Shown here piece after piece: positions 9,228 through 18,558 of a stretch of DNA of 64,000 nucleotides (position 1 is the stretch's first letter; each line of letters starts with the position of its first letter). The notes below the pieces were generated by a model, which saw nothing but the letters and a program-made list of their open reading frames with translations, was not told where the DNA came from and did no database searches. The translations under genes and the position numbers were made by a program. Origin of the DNA: an uncultured Clostridia bacterium (GTDB taxonomy: Bacteria > Bacillota > Clostridia > Christensenellales > Borkfalkiaceae). The stretch is from positions 1,457 through 65,456 of the forward strand of contig CBCPNG010000022.1 in the NCBI GenBank assembly GCA_965120485.1, given 5' to 3'.

Positions 9228-10285
9228 GTCGTCTCCTTTAAAATATCTGCAAGCGCCTGCAACAGCGCCGAGGTCTGCTCCTGCGTGCCCACGGTTGCGC
9301 GGATATAGTCCTTTATGCGCTCTTCGGGGAAATAGCGCACGAGTATGCCGCGGTGTTTGAGCTCTTCATACAGTTCCCTTCCGCCGATTTTTGCCGACTT
9401 TGCAAGCACGAAGTTGGCGAGCGAGGGCAACACCTGCATACCAAGCTTCTCCATGCCCTCAATCATGCTCATACGGGCGGCAATTATTTTGGCTGTACAG
9501 TCTTTGAAATAATCCTGACATGTAAGCGAAACCATGGCAGCCGCCATGGACATGCTGTTTACGTTGTAGGGGTTGAAGGAGTGGCGCACGCCCTCGGCTT
9601 CGGCAATGAGTTCGGGGCTGGCAAATGTAAAGCCCACCCTTGCGCCTGCCAGCGAACGCGACTTTGACATAGTCTGCACGACTATGAGATTGTTATATTT
9701 TTTTACGAGAGGCGCGCACGATTTGCCGCCGAAATCTATGTACGCCTCGTCCACTATCACCAGTCTATCGGGATTGGCGGCAACGAACGCCTCTATATCC
9801 TCTGCGGAGAGGTAAAGCCCCGTCTGCGCGTTGGGATTGGCGAGGCATACGTTGGCGGATATGCCCGAATAATCGCCGAGATTGACCGTAAAATTTTTGC
9901 GCAGGGGCATGGCGATATAGTTTATGCCGAACAGTTTGCACAGCCGCGGATACATGCCGTAGCTTACGTCTGGGCATGCAAGCGGACGGTCGGTGCAGAA
10001 TGTTCTGAATACCAGCGCCAGATTTTCGTCTGACCCGTTGCCTGCAAACACATATTCGCCGCCCAGCCCGTACAGCGCGCCAGCCGCGCGCTTTAACTGT
10101 TCCTGCGAGGGGTCTGAATACAGATTCAACCGCCCTGCCTGCGCCAGCACAGCCTGTTCTACGCCAGGTGCAGGCGGATAGGGACTTTCGTTGGTGTTGA
10201 GTTTTATATATGCCCTGTCCTTGGGCTGTTCGCCTGCGGTATAAGGCTTTAAACCGACGAGGCTTCTGCTCAAAAATTTGCTCAT
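9224..10285 (-). CDS. hisC: histidinol-phosphate aminotransferase
   Basis: Class-II aminotransferase with a QTMSKS PLP-lysine motif, in his operon context. Confidence 0.9.
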   Translation of the reverse strand: MSKFLSRSLVGLKPYTAGEQPKDRAYIKLNTNESPYPPAPGVEQAVLAQAGRLNLYSDPSQEQLKRAAGALYGLGGEYVFAGNGSDENLALVFRTFCTDRPLACPDVSYGMYPRLCKLFGINYIAMPLRKNFTVNLGDYSGISANVCLANPNAQTGLYLSAEDIEAFVAANPDRLVIVDEAYIDFGGKSCAPLVKKYNNLIVVQTMSKSRSLAGARVGFTFASPELIAEAEGVRHSFNPYNVNSMSMAAAMVSLTCQDYFKDCTAKIIAARMSMIEGMEKLGMQVLPSLANFVLAKSAKIGGRELYEELKHRGILVRYFPEERIKDYIRATVGTQEQTSALLQALADILKETT

Positions 10286-10344
10286 TGATAAACTATCCCA
10301 TATTTTTTACTGCGGCATTTTACGCGCCGCAAAAATAGTGCATA

Positions 10345-11616
10345 CTATGCCTTATTTAACCGCACTTTTACCGAGTTGGCATGACCGTAAAGCCCCTCGC
10401 TTTCGGCAAAGGCTACAACGTCGGGCGCAGCCTTTTTAAGCTCCTCTTCGGTATAGCAGATGTAAGAGGTCTTTTTTATGAAGTCGTCTACCGAGAGCGG
10501 CGAGGAAAACCTTGCCGCGCCGCCCGTAGGCAGCGTATGGTTGGGACCTGCATAGTAGTCGCCGAGAGCTTCGGGCGTGTACCTGCCGAGGAATACCGAG
10601 CCAGCGTTGCGTATTTTATTTAACCAATCAAAGGGGTTATCGAGGCATACCTCTAAATGTTCGGGTGCGATTTCGTTGGCTATTTCTACCGCGCGCGATA
10701 TGCTTTCGCACACAATTATTTTGCCGTTGTTTTCTACCGAGGGGCGTGCGATAGCCTCCCTCGGCATACCTTTCAGCTGTCTTTCCACCTCGCCCTGCAC
10801 CGCCTTTGCGAGCGCCATGCTGTCGGTGACGAGCACAGCCGCTGCCAGAACATCGTGTTCTGCCTGCGAAAGCAGGTCGGCTGCCACATATTCGGGATTG
10901 GAATTGCCGTCGGCTATTATTAAAATTTCAGAAGGACCTGCTATCATGTCTATGCCTGCAACGCCGAACACCTGACGCTTGGCGAGGGTGACGTATATGT
11001 TGCCAGGACCGACTATTTTATCGCATTTTGGTATGCTCTCTGTGCCGAAGGCGAGCGCGGCTATTGCCTGCGCGCCCCCCACTTTAAATACCCTGTGCAC
11101 GCCTGCAACCTTTGCGGCGTATAAAATTTCAGGTTTTACCTTTTTATCTGCCTTGACGGGCGTGCACATTATAATTTCGTCTACGCCAGCTATCTTTGCA
11201 GGCACTATGTCCATGAGTACGGTGGAGGGATAGCTTGCCGTGCCGCCAGGCACATATACCCCTGCGCGCTGAACGGGCGTATACTTTTGACCGATTACGG
11301 CGTTGCCGCGCTTGAACTCGAAGCCCTTTTTGAGCTGCATGCGGTGGAATTCGGCAATATTTGCACAGCTTGCCCTGACCGTAGCCCTGTATTTTTCAGA
11401 GAGCGACCCCTCCGCCTCTGCAAACTCCTCTTTTGTAACCTCTAAACAGTCGAGCCGCGCGCCGTCGAACTTTGCGGCGTACTCTTTCAGTGCAATATCT
11501 CCGCGTGCCGCCACATCTGCCACAATGGCGCGCACCGCGTTTTCGTATTCGCCGTAGTCGGCTATCGTTCTGTTGAGAATCTGCCCCGTGCTGTAATCTG
11601 TGTATATTTTAATCAC
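10345..11616 (-). CDS. hisD: histidinol dehydrogenase
   Basis: SQAEHD and GPNHTLPT motifs. Confidence 0.95.
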   Translation of the reverse strand: MIKIYTDYSTGQILNRTIADYGEYENAVRAIVADVAARGDIALKEYAAKFDGARLDCLEVTKEEFAEAEGSLSEKYRATVRASCANIAEFHRMQLKKGFEFKRGNAVIGQKYTPVQRAGVYVPGGTASYPSTVLMDIVPAKIAGVDEIIMCTPVKADKKVKPEILYAAKVAGVHRVFKVGGAQAIAALAFGTESIPKCDKIVGPGNIYVTLAKRQVFGVAGIDMIAGPSEILIIADGNSNPEYVAADLLSQAEHDVLAAAVLVTDSMALAKAVQGEVERQLKGMPREAIARPSVENNGKIIVCESISRAVEIANEIAPEHLEVCLDNPFDWLNKIRNAGSVFLGRYTPEALGDYYAGPNHTLPTGGAARFSSPLSVDDFIKKTSYICYTEEELKKAAPDVVAFAESEGLYGHANSVKVRLNKA

Positions 11617-12242
11617 TTCGGAATCTCCCCTTTGAGCTTAGATACGGCGGCGTCTACCTCTGCACACTTGAACTTATAGCGCGCCTTGTTGACTATCAGC
11701 CTTGCACTTATGGGGAATATCTCCCCTACCACCGTCATGTTGTTTTCGCGCAAGGTGGCTCCCGTTTCCACTATGTCTACAATTACATCTGACAGACCGA
11801 GTATGGGCGCGAGCTCTATAGAGCCGTACAGCTTTATGACCTCTATATCCCTGTTCCTGCCTGCATAGTACCTTTCGGCAATCTGCGGAAATTTGGTGGC
11901 GACGCGCAACGGCCGCGACGCGTCCTCACGGAAGCCGTTTACAGAGGCGATGCACATGCGGCACTTGCCTATGTTTAAGTCTAACAGTTCGTATACATCG
12001 GCTCCGCTTTCCAAAAGTACATCTTTGCCTGCAACGCCTATGTCGGCGACGCCGTGCTCGACGTATATAGGCACGTCGGAAGGCTTTACCCAGAAGTAGC
12101 TTACGCCGCTTCCTTCGTCTGTGAATATAAGTTTGCGGCTGTCGTTTAAAACGTCCTTGCAGGAATAGCCTGCACGCTCTAACATTTTATAAACCTTTTC
12201 GCCCAGACGACCCTTGGGCAGCGCAACATTGAGCATATTCAC
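11613..12242 (-). CDS. hisG: ATP phosphoribosyltransferase, short form
   Basis: LNVALPKGRL N-terminus. The 209-aa short form requires HisZ. Confidence 0.94.
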   Translation of the reverse strand: MNMLNVALPKGRLGEKVYKMLERAGYSCKDVLNDSRKLIFTDEGSGVSYFWVKPSDVPIYVEHGVADIGVAGKDVLLESGADVYELLDLNIGKCRMCIASVNGFREDASRPLRVATKFPQIAERYYAGRNRDIEVIKLYGSIELAPILGLSDVIVDIVETGATLRENNMTVVGEIFPISARLIVNKARYKFKCAEVDAAVSKLKGEIPK

Positions 12243-13327
12243 ACCCCCACCTTTACAACTTTTGCAAACCGAAGCCCTTCGGGCGGACGGCAGTCTACGC
12301 GCACGGAGAGCCCGCGCCCGATATACTTCTGCGCGGCGGCAAGAACTGCGGCAGGGTCTGCACCCTCGCCGTATAAAAGCAGTACATCGCCGTCGTATTC
12401 GTCTCGCGCACCGTAGTAGTAGTTTAGCTCGTCGGGGTAGAGAGCAAAGCCCATGCCGCCCGAACCTGCGCCGAATTTTTTTACGAGGTTATCGTACCTG
12501 CCGCCAGAGAGCACGGCGCGCGGAAATTTATCTACAAAGCCCTGAAATATTACGCCCGTGTAGTAGGCAGGGTCGTCTATAAGCGAGAAGTCTATATTGA
12601 ACGCGCCCGAAAGTGAGCACTTTTCCAGCGCAGACAAGAGCTGTTTGAGCTCGTTTGCCGCACGAGAAGTTTCGGCAGAGGGGAACAGCTGTTCTAAAAG
12701 GTCTATCTTTGAAAAGTTGTCGCCATCTGCGCCGATTAGCGTACACAGTTTTTTTGCACCGTCTTTACCTACGCCGCACCTTAAACATACGGAGTACATA
12801 TCGTGCACGTTTTTTGAGCGCACGCACCCTGCAACTTCCGCTGGGCAGCTGCCTAAACCTAAGCTCTGCATAACGCCTGCAAGTACGCCTATGTGAGAGA
12901 GGTCTATAACATATCCGCCGCCCACTGCGTCGAGACTGCGCGCAGCGAGGTAGAGTACCTCTAACTGGGAGTAAATATCGGCACAGCCGATATATTCAAG
13001 ACCTATCTGGCTTATCTCTTTGAACCGCCCAGAACCTCTGTCAGTCCTGTATACGCTTTCGCGGTAGTAAGCCTTGCGCTTGCCCTGCGCCGCGGCAGAG
13101 TTTTTGACTATGGAGAGCGTTACGTCCGGCTTTAACGCCATAAGCCGCCCGTCGCGGTCGGAAAAGGTGATTATGCCGTCGCTCTGCAAAAAGTTTATAT
13201 TTTCGGCATAGAGAGAGTACTCTTCAAACTTACGCATGCGGTAGCGGCTGTAACCGAAACTTTCGAACAGCCCCTTTAAATAAAGATATACCCTCTCTTC
13301 TTCGTTAAGTTTTGCCTCACTCTTCAT
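12239..13327 (-). CDS. hisZ: ATP phosphoribosyltransferase regulatory subunit (HisRS paralogue)
   Basis: Class-II aaRS-like core without an anticodon domain. Lies directly upstream of the short hisG and overlaps it. Confidence 0.88.
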   Translation of the reverse strand: MKSEAKLNEEERVYLYLKGLFESFGYSRYRMRKFEEYSLYAENINFLQSDGIITFSDRDGRLMALKPDVTLSIVKNSAAAQGKRKAYYRESVYRTDRGSGRFKEISQIGLEYIGCADIYSQLEVLYLAARSLDAVGGGYVIDLSHIGVLAGVMQSLGLGSCPAEVAGCVRSKNVHDMYSVCLRCGVGKDGAKKLCTLIGADGDNFSKIDLLEQLFPSAETSRAANELKQLLSALEKCSLSGAFNIDFSLIDDPAYYTGVIFQGFVDKFPRAVLSGGRYDNLVKKFGAGSGGMGFALYPDELNYYYGARDEYDGDVLLLYGEGADPAAVLAAAQKYIGRGLSVRVDCRPPEGLRFAKVVKVGV

Positions 13328-13637
13328 CGCCGTCTGCCCCTCTTCCGTACTTTCCGATGACCTCTCTGTAACCGCCGCTGCCGTGGTGCAGACAGCGCGA
13401 CACGCGCGACAGCGTTGCCGAGGATATATCGGTCATCTCTATTATCTTGCTGTATGTATAGCCCCTTAAAAGCAGTTTTGCGCACAGCAGGCGCTGGGAA
13501 AGCTGCTCTACCTCGGTATAAGTGCAGAGGTCGGCGAGCAGTTTTTCTATATCGCCAGCACTGTCTATTGCCGCGAACAGCGAAAATAAATCTTCGCGCG
13601 CCATATCCCTTTCAGAATCTTCCATAGTCACCGCCAT
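13317..13637 (-). CDS. yerC: YerC/YecD-family TrpR-like DNA-binding protein, first cistron of the his operon (candidate HisR)
   Basis: 106 aa with TYSKIIEMTDISSATLSRVSRCL HTH and GSGGY, characteristic of YerC/YecD. Overlaps hisZ by 11 nt. Confidence 0.8.
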   Translation of the reverse strand: MAVTMEDSERDMAREDLFSLFAAIDSAGDIEKLLADLCTYTEVEQLSQRLLCAKLLLRGYTYSKIIEMTDISSATLSRVSRCLHHGSGGYREVIGKYGRGADGDEE

Positions 13638-13702
13638 AATTAAGTTGCGGAGAGAGACAGCGCCTCCCCCGTTGCGGAATCTTTGTCCGCCTTTGTGTAT
13701 AT

Positions 13703-13731
13703 ATTTTACTTTATTACTTTAAATTTGTAAA
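13703..13731 (-). promoter_or_regulatory. candidate his operon promoter (TTTACA-17-TAAAAT)
   Basis: The minus strand carries TTTACA (rc of 13726-13731), a 17-nt spacer and TAAAAT (rc of 13703-13708), about 65 nt upstream of the yerC start. Confidence 0.5.
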
Positions 13732-13805
13732 GTGATTTATGCGAAAAAATTTTGCGTAAAGCAAATTTTTCGCCGACCAAAACGCGGCAAGACGGCAAAT
13801 TAGTG

Positions 13806-13834
13806 TTGACAGAACGGCTTTGACATTATAGAAT
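13806..13834 (+). promoter_or_regulatory. sigma-A type promoter of the glycosyltransferase gene (TTGACA-17-TAGAAT)
   Basis: TTGACA at 13806-13811, an exact 17-nt spacer, and TAGAAT at 13829-13834. Confidence 0.65.
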
Positions 13835-13885
13835 ATGTTTAAGGTCGCTTTAAATTGCGGACGGCTTGGAAGTCAAGAAATTATT

Positions 13886-14906
13886 ATGGACAAATTGAGT
13901 ATTATAGTCCCATGCTATAACGAGGAGGAGTGCCTGCCGCTCTTTTTTGCAAGTGTGGAAAAAGTTATATCTACTCTGCCGATAGAGTGCGAATATATAT
14001 TTGTGGACGACGGCAGTAAGGACAAGTCGTTAGAGTTTATCCGCAAGCGTTGCCCAAACGGACGAAAGGGTGAAATATATATCATTTTCGCGCAATTTCG
14101 GCAAGGAGGCAGCCATACTTGCAGGACTGAGGCGCGCCGAAGGAAATTTTGTAACGCTTATGGACTGCGACTTGCAGGACCCGCCCGAACTGCTTGCGGA
14201 GATGTATAGCGGCTTAACCAAAGAGGGTTACGACTGCGTGGCATGCAGGCGTACCTCACGCAAGCACGAGCCGAGGATGCGAAGTTCGTTTACGCATATG
14301 TTCTATAAACTTATAAACAGGTTTACAGAAGTAGAGATTGTAGACGGCGCACGCGATTTCAGAATGATGACGCGCAAAGTTGTGGACGCCGTGCTTTCAC
14401 TGCCCGAATCTGACAGGTTCAGCAAAGAGTTGTTCAGCTGGGTGGGATTTAAGACGAAGTGGCTTGAATATAAAAACGTAAAGCGCGCGAGAGGCAACAC
14501 AAAGTGGAGCTTTAAAAAGCTGACGAGCTATGCCGTAAACGGCATAGAGAGCGCGACATATGCGCCGCTGTACCTCAACATTTTCGGCAGCATACTGTTC
14601 TTTATTGCCGCCATATGCATGGCGGTTACCGATATTATTTTGACGGTTTTGGGTGAAGAGGTGAGCTGGCTATTGATATTTCTTCCTGTACTCTTCTTTA
14701 CTGTATCTCTGCTGTTCGGCGGTATGTTTATACTCGGCGAATATCTGCGCAAAATATTTACGCAGGTGAAGGGTCGACCGCAGTATATAGTAGCTGAAAC
14801 AGAACCGCCGCGCGCGGTAAAGCCAGATAGTCAAGCCGAGCCGAAAACGCCCGAAAAAGAGGACGATACTCAACCACTGCACTTATACAGCGGAGTAAGA
14901 CATTAA
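13886..14906 (+). pseudogene. GT2 polyprenyl-phosphate glycosyltransferase (GtrB/CsbB-like), disrupted by a +1 frameshift near 14045-14052
   Basis: ORF 13835-14209 carries IIVPCYNEEE and FVDDGSKD. ORF 14070-14906 continues in another frame with (AQTDER)VKYISFSRNFGKEAA, DCDLQDPPE and two C-terminal TM helices. The two frames join cleanly if one base is removed after IRK. Confidence 0.75.
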
Positions 14907-14911
14907 TATAA

Positions 14912-14949
14912 ATACCCCTGCCGCGCATATCAATGCGCGGCAGGGGTAT
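14912..14949 (+). terminator. intrinsic terminator after the glycosyltransferase gene
   Basis: 16-bp perfect stem ATACCCCTGCCGCGCA / TGCGCGGCAGGGGTAT followed by TTTTAA. Confidence 0.75.
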
Positions 14950-14952
14950 TTT

Positions 14953-14979
14953 AAGGGGGCGGCATACTGCCGCCCCCTT
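14953..14979. other. second GC-rich hairpin in the convergent gap (12-bp stem)
   Basis: AAGGGGGCGGCA / TGCCGCCCCCTT. There is no clear U-tract on either strand. Confidence 0.4.
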
Positions 14980-15087
14980 AAATATTTTCAAATACAGCCT
15001 TATTAAAATTAGTAAAAAATGTGAATATATTTTCTTTATCCGCACCGTTGAAATTATGTACGCCCCACTTTTAAGGCGTACGCTATA

Positions 15088-17814
15088 TCAGTCGTCCACA
15101 ACATATTTGCGGTGCTTTTTTGCCCATATACGCATGAATATTTTGCATGCCTCTACGGCGACAAGCGGAAACAGCGCCAGCGCAACAACGATTAGGTATT
15201 GGTACCATTCGAGGTATACGAGCTCGAAAAAGTCCATAACGCCCGGCACGAAGGATACGAACGCCACTATGGCGAACGAGCCAGCCGTTGCCCAGTACAG
15301 AAAGCGGTTGTGCCCCTGCCCAGGGCGGAACACGCTGTCGTAATTGGAGCGCTGGTTTATGGCATGCACAAGCTGTGAAAGTGCAAGCACCATAAACGTC
15401 ATGGTTATAGCCACTTCGTGGCGGTTGTCGCCTGAAAGACCGAAACAGTTTTCGGCTATGCCGTACGCGGCGAGCGCCGCCGCCGTAATAAACAGACCGT
15501 ACATTACTAACCTGATGATTACTCCCCTTTCAAACAGCGTGCCGCTCTTTACGGGCGGAACCTTCATAACATTTCTGTCGGCAGGGTCTACGCCCAGCGC
15601 AATTGCAGGGAGCGAATCTGTGGCAAGGTTAATAAGTAGTATGTGTATGGCGAGTATGGGGTCTTCCCAGCCTGCGCAGAACGCAATGAACAGCGTTAAA
15701 ATTTCTGCAATGTTGCCTGCCACGAGGAACTGTATTACCTTTTGTATGTTGCGGTAGACGCGCCTGCCTTCGCGCACGGCGTGCTCTATGGTGGTGAAGT
15801 TATCGTCAAGCAGAATCATGTCTGCCGCACCCTTGGCAACATCTGTGCCCGTTATACCCATTGCCACGCCTATATCTGCCTCTTTTAGGGCTGGACTGTC
15901 GTTTACGCCGTCGCCCGTCATGGCGGCAACTTCGCCCGTGCGCTTTAAAGACTGTATTATGCGCAGTTTATCGGCAGGCGACACCCTTGCAAACACAACG
16001 CAAGTTTTTACGGCTTCGTCGAGCTGTTCGTCTGTCATCTCGTCGAGCTCCTGCCCCGTGACAACGGTGTTGCCCTTGCGGAATATGTGCAACTGTTTTG
16101 CAATTGCCAGCGCAGTAACCTTGTGGTCGCCCGTAATCATTATTACGCGTATGCCTGCCTCGTGGCAGGTGTCAACCGCGCCGATTACCTCCTTCCTCGG
16201 CGGGTCTATCATGCCCACGGCACCTATAAACGTCATGCCGAACTCGATATTTTCCGTATCGCCATCGGGCACTTTGGTGAGCCGCTTTACAGCAAAGCCG
16301 AGCACGCGCAGTGCGTCTGCGCTCATCTTGTTGCACAGCGAAAGAATCTTCTGTCTGTCGCCCTCTGTCATCTCGCGCACACCAGAACCAGTGGAAAAAT
16401 GCGTGCACAGCGGCAACATTTCGTCTACCGCACCCTTGGTATATGCCATATATCCGCAGGGCATTGCGTTTACCGTAGACATCCTCTTGCGCTCAGAGTC
16501 GAAGGGCTGTTCGAACAGGCGTGGGTGCTCCTCTTCGTAGTCGTCAGAGTTTATCCCAAACTTTTCGGCAAACAGTATAAGCGCGCCCTCGGTGGGGTCG
16601 CCCATGGTTTCGCTCGGGCGGTCGGGGTCAATATGCGCGTTGCCGCACAGCGCGCAGGCGTCTAACAGGTCGGCGTATGCCGCGCGACCGTATTTGCCCT
16701 CTAAATCCTCGGTGCGTGTGAGAGTGCCCGTCTCGAAGTCCTGCCCTATGGCGACGTGAGTCACCGTCATTTTGTTGAGGGTGAGTGTGCCCGTCTTATC
16801 ACAGCATACCACTGTGGCACTGCCCAAAGTTTCTACGGCGGGCAGGCTTTTTACAAGAGCGTTCTTTTTTGCCATTCGCTGTACGCCGAACGCCATAATT
16901 ATGGTGGCTGTTGCCGGCAGACCTTCGGGTATTATAGATATAGCCAGCGATATGCCGAGGAGCACGAGCGACTCCCACGTTCTGCCGCCGCGCGCAAAGC
17001 CTATTATCATTATGACTACGCACACAATCAGCCCAATGAGGGTGAGAATTTTGCCGACGGAGTTGAGCTTTTTCTTTATGGGCGTATGCTCGTGCAGGTC
17101 GTCGCGCGTTTTAAGCATATCGGCTATTTTGCCGACTTCGGTGTTCATGCCCGTGCCCACCACTATGCCCTCGGCGTTGCCGTACATGACTACGGTAGAG
17201 GCGTAAGCCATATTGACCCTGTCGCCCAAAGGGGCGTCCTCTGGCAACACGGCGCGCCCGTCTTTGTCGGCAGGAACACTCTCGCCAGTGAGAGACGCCT
17301 CTTGCACGGACATGCTGTTATCGTTTATTATTCTTATATCGGCTGGGACTATGCCGCCGTCTTCGATGTATACTATATCGCCCGGCACAAGTTCGGCGGC
17401 GGGCACAATACTCTCTTCGCCGTTCCTTAAAACCCGTGCATTGGGCGCCGTCATCTTTTTTAAAGATTCAAGGGCTTCCGCCGCCTTCTTTTCCTGTATA
17501 ACGCCCACGGCGGCGTTTAAAACTATTACGCACAGTATGACTATTGCCTCGGCGAGGCCTTCGCCCTCGACAAAGTACATTACGAGAGAAAATACCATGG
17601 CGACGAATAGTATTATTACCATTACGTCTGATATCTGCTCTGCTATCATCTTCCAGACTGACTTGGATTTTACGTCTTTAAGTACGTTTTTGCCGTACTT
17701 TTCTAAACGCTTTGCCGCCTCATCGTCTGAAAGTCCCTCTTCCGTCGTATCGAGTAAGTTTTCCACTTCCTCGCAAGACATTGAATGCCACGCTCGTCGG
17801 TGTTGGTCGTCCAT
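15088..17814 (-). CDS. cation-transporting P-type ATPase (P2, Ca2+-ATPase-like)
   Basis: DKTGTLT phosphorylation site, TGES, MITGDH and TGDGVNDSPALKEADIGVAMG motifs. 908 aa with about 10 TM segments. Confidence 0.92.
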   Translation of the reverse strand: MDDQHRRAWHSMSCEEVENLLDTTEEGLSDDEAAKRLEKYGKNVLKDVKSKSVWKMIAEQISDVMVIILFVAMVFSLVMYFVEGEGLAEAIVILCVIVLNAAVGVIQEKKAAEALESLKKMTAPNARVLRNGEESIVPAAELVPGDIVYIEDGGIVPADIRIINDNSMSVQEASLTGESVPADKDGRAVLPEDAPLGDRVNMAYASTVVMYGNAEGIVVGTGMNTEVGKIADMLKTRDDLHEHTPIKKKLNSVGKILTLIGLIVCVVIMIIGFARGGRTWESLVLLGISLAISIIPEGLPATATIIMAFGVQRMAKKNALVKSLPAVETLGSATVVCCDKTGTLTLNKMTVTHVAIGQDFETGTLTRTEDLEGKYGRAAYADLLDACALCGNAHIDPDRPSETMGDPTEGALILFAEKFGINSDDYEEEHPRLFEQPFDSERKRMSTVNAMPCGYMAYTKGAVDEMLPLCTHFSTGSGVREMTEGDRQKILSLCNKMSADALRVLGFAVKRLTKVPDGDTENIEFGMTFIGAVGMIDPPRKEVIGAVDTCHEAGIRVIMITGDHKVTALAIAKQLHIFRKGNTVVTGQELDEMTDEQLDEAVKTCVVFARVSPADKLRIIQSLKRTGEVAAMTGDGVNDSPALKEADIGVAMGITGTDVAKGAADMILLDDNFTTIEHAVREGRRVYRNIQKVIQFLVAGNIAEILTLFIAFCAGWEDPILAIHILLINLATDSLPAIALGVDPADRNVMKVPPVKSGTLFERGVIIRLVMYGLFITAAALAAYGIAENCFGLSGDNRHEVAITMTFMVLALSQLVHAINQRSNYDSVFRPGQGHNRFLYWATAGSFAIVAFVSFVPGVMDFFELVYLEWYQYLIVVALALFPLVAVEACKIFMRIWAKKHRKYVVDD

Positions 17815-17870
17815 GGTGGTTGTTAAAATAATCCTCCTGTAAATAATTTAAAAACGCAAAAAGACATAGC

Positions 17871-17983
17871 CATGCGGGCGTGCGCCCGATGGTTATGCCT
17901 TATGAAAAGATTTGGAATTTTCGATTGTTATACGTGGGTTGGCGTCGCTACAATCGCCGATGCCGTCTGACATTTTAATTCCT
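17871..17983 (-). promoter_or_regulatory. structured 5' leader of the ATPase gene with a terminator-like hairpin
   Basis: On the minus strand, nested helices GGAATT/AATTCC (17978-17983 with 17915-17920) and CGATTGT/ACAATCG (17951-17957 with 17923-17929). These are followed by hairpin CCATCGGGCG..CGCCCGCATGG (17871-17893), then CTATGTCTTTTTGCGTTTTT. Coordinates are +/-1 nt. Confidence 0.45.
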
Positions 17984-18131
17984 CGCGTTTTTTATATTTT
18001 ACTACATTCCGCCCGAACTGTCAAGGGAATAGGGCAAATTATTTACACCGCCACTGTACCTAAGCATATATGACTTAATTACGAATAAGTTACGGTTTAT
18101 AATTAAGCAATGAAATGACTCCTTTAAAGAA

Positions 18132-18287
18132 TCATTTCATTTCGGATAAAATTTTTTGAAAATCATATTTTTTATCAAATTCTTTCCACGAATCATCCTC
18201 TAAGTAATTGCAGATATCCTCAATTATTGGAGATGCATTGAAAAATGTTGTTAATAAGTTAGTCAGCAAATAACAACTACTTAATTT
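18132..18287 (-). pseudogene. possible 3' remnant of an AT-rich gene (about 51 codons, no start codon)
   Basis: Open minus-strand frame ending ..NASPIIEDICNYLEDDSWKEFDKKYDFQKILSEMK*. A TAG closes it upstream with no ATG. The stop lies inside a 10-bp inverted repeat AATGAAATGA/TCATTTCATT (18109-18141). Confidence 0.3.
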
Positions 18288-18511
18288 CTAAAAATATGCA
18301 TTATAACAATCACATTTTAATTTTAATATCAGAAATCAACAGCCCCTTTAAATTTCCTTCACAATCAAGTTGACAGTACAAATATAGCGACTTGATAGTA
18401 TTTTTATTATAACAATTACATTAGTTTACGTAAAGTATTTTTTAATCATCAATCCACGCCGTATATGCCGTTGCAATGCAGGTCAAAGTAATGTAAAAAC
18501 ATAAAAAAAGA

Positions 18512-18529
18512 GAGCTTCATCGGAAGCTC
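18512..18529. terminator. bidirectional terminator downstream of the surface-protein gene
   Basis: GAGCTTC / GAAGCTC stem flanked by A7 on one side and T6 on the other. Confidence 0.7.
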
Positions 18530-18558
18530 CCCTTTTTTATAGTTTTATATTTGCTGCC

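Noticed and set aside
15788-17430. Long plus-strand ORFs (15788-16540 of 250 aa, 16087-16665, 16756-17430 of 224 aa, 16772-17206) antisense to the P-type ATPase.
   Set aside because: They lie entirely within a confidently assigned gene on the other strand. They are Ser/Ala/Arg/Pro-rich with no SD and no recognisable motifs. These are typical shadow ORFs of GC-rich coding DNA.
17815-18025. yybP-ykoY (Mn2+) or M-box (Mg2+) riboswitch in the ATPase leader.
   Set aside because: The characteristic conserved segments of these classes were not found by eye. The region is kept only as an unassigned structured leader.
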